Source: Polynucleobacter necessarius (GTDB taxonomy: Bacteria; Pseudomonadota; Gammaproteobacteria; Burkholderiales; Burkholderiaceae). Taken from it: a stretch of DNA of 32,000 nt. The notes under the pieces were generated by a model. The model saw nothing but the letters and a program-made list of their open reading frames with translations, had not been told where the DNA came from and made no database searches. Position 1 is the first letter of the stretch; every line of letters starts with the position of its first letter. The stretch covers positions 1,311,946-1,343,945 of the forward strand of contig NZ_LT606950.1 of assembly GCF_900095195.1 (NCBI RefSeq), given 5' to 3'. The position numbers were made by a program, and so were the translations under genes. Positions 29,309-32,000 of this stretch are shown here, piece by piece.

Positions 29309-31108
29309 TTATGCGGCAGGCGTTGCTTGACGTAAACGAATATGGAGCTCACGCAATTGACGCTCATCTACAGGGCTTGGCGCCTGCGTTAACAAGCACT
29401 GGGCACGCTGTGTTTTCGGGAAGGCAATCACCTCGCGAATAGATTCCGCGCCGGTCATCATGGTCACAATGCGATCCAGACCAAAAGCAATGCCACCGTG
29501 CGGAGGTGCGCCGTACTGAAGAGCGTCCAACAAGAATCCAAACTTGGCCTGAGCCTCTTCAGCGCCAATCTTCAAAGCACGGAATACCTGACTCTGAACG
29601 GCTTCTTGGTGAATACGCACTGATCCACCACCAATTTCACTACCGTTAAGCACCATGTCATAGGCCTTAGCTAAACACTTACCGGGGTCGGTTTCCAGAT
29701 ATTGCATGTGTTCATCTTTAGGGCTTGTAAAGGGATGATGGCAAGCAACCCAGCGCGCCTCGCCCTCGTCGTAGTCAAACATGGGGAAGTCAACGACCCA
29801 CAGCGGTTTCCAACCTTCAGTAAAGAGGCCATGCTCTTTGCCCAAGGCTGAATGGCCAATCCGTAAACGTAAATTTCCGATAGCATCATTTACGACTTTT
29901 TCTTTATCTGCGCCAAAGAAAATAATATCGCCATCTTTTGCACCAGTGCGCTTCAAAATACCTTCAATAGCAGCGTCGCGCAAATTCTTCACAATGGGAG
30001 ATTGCAACCCATTACGACCTTCAGCAACCGAATTGACTTTAATCCAAGCCAAGCCTTTTGCGCCATAGATGCTGACAAACTGAGTGTAGTCATCTATTTC
30101 GCTACGACTGATTTCCGCGCCACCAGGAACACAAAGACCAACCACGCGACCACCGGTCTGATTGGCTGCGCCCGAAAACACTTTGAAATCAACATCCTTC
30201 ATGAGATCTGTAAGCTCGGTGAACTCAAGGTTGACACGCAAATCCGGCTTATCCGAACCAAATCGTGCCATACCCTCTGAATACGGCATTGTTGGGAATG
30301 GGTTTGGTAGCTCGACGTTCATTGTTTTCTTGAAAATATGACGAATCATATTTTCAAAGAGATCGCGAATCTCTAACTCACTCAAGAATGCAGTTTCACA
30401 GTCAATCTGCGTAAATTCCGGTTGGCGGTCTGCGCGCAAATCTTCATCTCGGAAGCATTTGGTAATTTGGTAGTAACGATCAAAACCCGCCAACATTAAA
30501 AGTTGCTTAAATAACTGCGGGGATTGGGGTAATGCAAAGAACTGACCATCATGCACGCGTGATGGGACTAAGTAATCACGTGCACCCTCTGGCGTGCTCT
30601 TAGTCAGCATAGGAGTTTCGATATCGATAAATCCCGCATCGTCAAGATAACGACGGCACTCCATTGCCACGTTGTAACGTAAACGCAAGTGTTTTTGCAT
30701 TTGTGGGCGACGAAGATCCAACACGCGGTGGGTTAAGCGAGTTGTCTCAGAAAGATTTTCATCGTCCAGTTGGAATGGCGGCGTAACAGAAGCATTCAAA
30801 ATGACTAGGCTATGACAAAGAATCTCTACTTTTCCACTTACCAAATCGGTATTTTCAGTACCAGCTGGGCGCGCACGAACTAGACCCTTAATCTGAATAC
30901 AGAACTCGTTACGAACCTGCTCTGCAAGTGCGAACATTTCTGGACGATCTGGATCACATACAACCTGCACAAAGCCTTCACGATCCCGCAAGTCAATAAA
31001 AATCACACCCCCATGGTCGCGGCGGCGGTTAACCCAACCGGAAAGGGTGACCTCTTGACCAATCAGTGCATCGGTTACTTGACCGCAATTATGGCTACGC
31101 ATTGACAT
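29309..31108 (-). CDS. aspS: aspartyl-tRNA synthetase
   Basis: 599 aa with an N-terminal OB anticodon-binding domain ([19 protein letters not shown]), class II motifs ([30 protein letters not shown]) and the bacterial GAD insertion domain. Confidence 0.95.
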   Translation of the reverse strand: MSMRSHNCGQVTDALIGQEVTLSGWVNRRRDHGGVIFIDLRDREGFVQVVCDPDRPEMFALAEQVRNEFCIQIKGLVRARPAGTENTDLVSGKVEILCHSLVILNASVTPPFQLDDENLSETTRLTHRVLDLRRPQMQKHLRLRYNVAMECRRYLDDAGFIDIETPMLTKSTPEGARDYLVPSRVHDGQFFALPQSPQLFKQLLMLAGFDRYYQITKCFRDEDLRADRQPEFTQIDCETAFLSELEIRDLFENMIRHIFKKTMNVELPNPFPTMPYSEGMARFGSDKPDLRVNLEFTELTDLMKDVDFKVFSGAANQTGGRVVGLCVPGGAEISRSEIDDYTQFVSIYGAKGLAWIKVNSVAEGRNGLQSPIVKNLRDAAIEGILKRTGAKDGDIIFFGADKEKVVNDAIGNLRLRIGHSALGKEHGLFTEGWKPLWVVDFPMFDYDEGEARWVACHHPFTSPKDEHMQYLETDPGKCLAKAYDMVLNGSEIGGGSVRIHQEAVQSQVFRALKIGAEEAQAKFGFLLDALQYGAPPHGGIAFGLDRIVTMMTGAESIREVIAFPKTQRAQCLLTQAPSPVDERQLRELHIRLRQATPAA

Positions 31109-31124
31109 AAGAATTTCCTAAAAA

Positions 31125-31778
31125 TCAAAAATAGTGTGCCGACTCAGTTGTAGTCAAGGCACTTGAATTGTTTGGTGGTACGGAGCCCATCGAAACAATG
31201 TGTTTCAGAGCCTCCTCTACACTCATCTCCAGCTCAATAGCTTGAGCACGAGGCACGATCATGAAAAATCCAGAAGTAGGATTTGGAGTGGTTGGCAAAA
31301 AGACGTTCACATAGTCTTCGCCCAATTTAGCAGTTACTTCTTTTGCTGGAGCACCCGTCTGAAAAGCGATTGCCCACGAGTCAGCGTGAGGATAACGAAT
31401 TAAGAGAGCCTTACTAAACGCTTGGCCACTTCCGGAAAATAGTGTTGATGACACTTGCTGTACGCTCGAATATATAGAGCGCACAACCGGAATGCGATTA
31501 ACAAACTTATCCCAAACCTTTAGCCACCACTGGCCCGCAAAACTAATCGCCAAAACACCCGTTAGCATGATGACGGCAATCACAATAGCGATACCCACCC
31601 CTGGCAGGTCACGGAAATACTGAAGGTCAACAGCAGCATCACGGGGAAGCACCAAAATAATGGCGTGCATTACTGATCCAAAGACGCCATCAAGCAAACC
31701 TAAGCCCCACGCAATCACCCAAATAGTGATCGAGAGCGGTGCCCAAACTAAGATGCCTGCAATAAAGTATTTTTTCAT
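31125..31778 (-). CDS. DUF502-family integral membrane protein
   Basis: 217 aa with two N-terminal TM segments and the conserved …IPVVRSIYSSVQQV… and PTTPNPTSGFFMIVP blocks typical of DUF502. It lies upstream of aspS. Confidence 0.75.
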   Translation of the reverse strand: MKKYFIAGILVWAPLSITIWVIAWGLGLLDGVFGSVMHAIILVLPRDAAVDLQYFRDLPGVGIAIVIAVIMLTGVLAISFAGQWWLKVWDKFVNRIPVVRSIYSSVQQVSSTLFSGSGQAFSKALLIRYPHADSWAIAFQTGAPAKEVTAKLGEDYVNVFLPTTPNPTSGFFMIVPRAQAIELEMSVEEALKHIVSMGSVPPNNSSALTTTESAHYF

Positions 31779-31830
31779 GTGTTCTGCCTAGCCCGCTATT
31801 TTAGCGTTTTAGAAGCCAAGCAGCGAAAGG

Positions 31831-32000
31831 CTAATAAATGCCTAGGCTGATAATCAAAATACCGGCCAAAAAGCCGCCTGCGAAGAGAAGGGCGCCAGTA
31901 ATCAAGCGATGCGTACGCCTTTCCTGCAATAAAAGTGCTTTTAAGACCTCTAATTCACCATTCTGATCTTTTAACTCAGCACGACTTTGGGCTAGGCTAT
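31831..32000 (-). CDS. C-terminal fragment of a hypothetical coiled-coil protein with a C-terminal TM anchor (gene continues beyond the window)
   Basis: The minus-strand frame is open from the window edge to TAG (31833..31831): …SLAQSRAELKDQNGELEVLKALLLQERRTHRLITGALLFAGGFLAGILIISLGIY. It is absent from the ORF track because no start lies inside the window. Function unknown. Confidence 0.4.
   Translation of the reverse strand, partial: SLAQSRAELKDQNGELEVLKALLLQERRTHRLITGALLFAGGFLAGILIISLGIY

Noticed and set aside
1-32000. Search for a novel multi-gene system (defence island, toxin-antitoxin, CRISPR-Cas, retron/DGR-like repeats, phage or integrative element, secondary-metabolite cluster)
   Set aside because: Every ORF longer than 100 aa is explained by a well-known housekeeping family or a recognisable pseudogene of one. 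There is no integrase, transposase or recombinase, no tRNA attachment site and no spaced repeat array. The only unexplained intergenic stretch is ~410 nt upstream of rplM. I will not claim a system the sequence does not show.

Overview
Core-chromosome window of a moderately AT-rich betaproteobacterium. Gene order and protein sequences look Burkholderiales-like. A Polynucleobacter-type genome is my inference only; no search was run. I count 25 apparently intact or partial housekeeping CDS in conserved clusters: glyS-gmhB-plsC; lptD-surA-pdxA-rsmA facing amgK-murU-pepP-ubiH; dusB-fis-purH-ruvCAB; tyrS/anmK; erpA-argC; rplM-rpsI; pyrC; aspS-DUF502. There is one clear RNase P RNA gene (rnpB, minus strand). 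I saw no tRNA, rRNA, CRISPR array, IS element, integrase, phage gene or defence-like island, and I did not find a novel multi-gene system. The notable signal is gene decay: 6 of 31 protein-coding loci are visibly inactivated while synteny is preserved. These are pdxA (in-frame TAA), dusB (two 1-nt deletions in the DINMGCP motif), an OsmC-family gene (3 frame changes), and a contiguous 3.6-kb tract holding a MOFRL glycerate-kinase-like gene (at least 6 frame changes), an ATM1-type ABC exporter (3 frameshifts plus a nonsense codon) and nudB (1-nt homopolymer contraction). This pattern fits ongoing reductive evolution such as a host-restricted lineage. Secondary observations are a candidate ~100-nt terminator-bearing sRNA or leader upstream of rplM, a compact rnpB, and a tandem 9-mer operator-like repeat in front of the dead OsmC gene. 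All homology calls rest on motif recognition and remembered family consensus, not on database searches.
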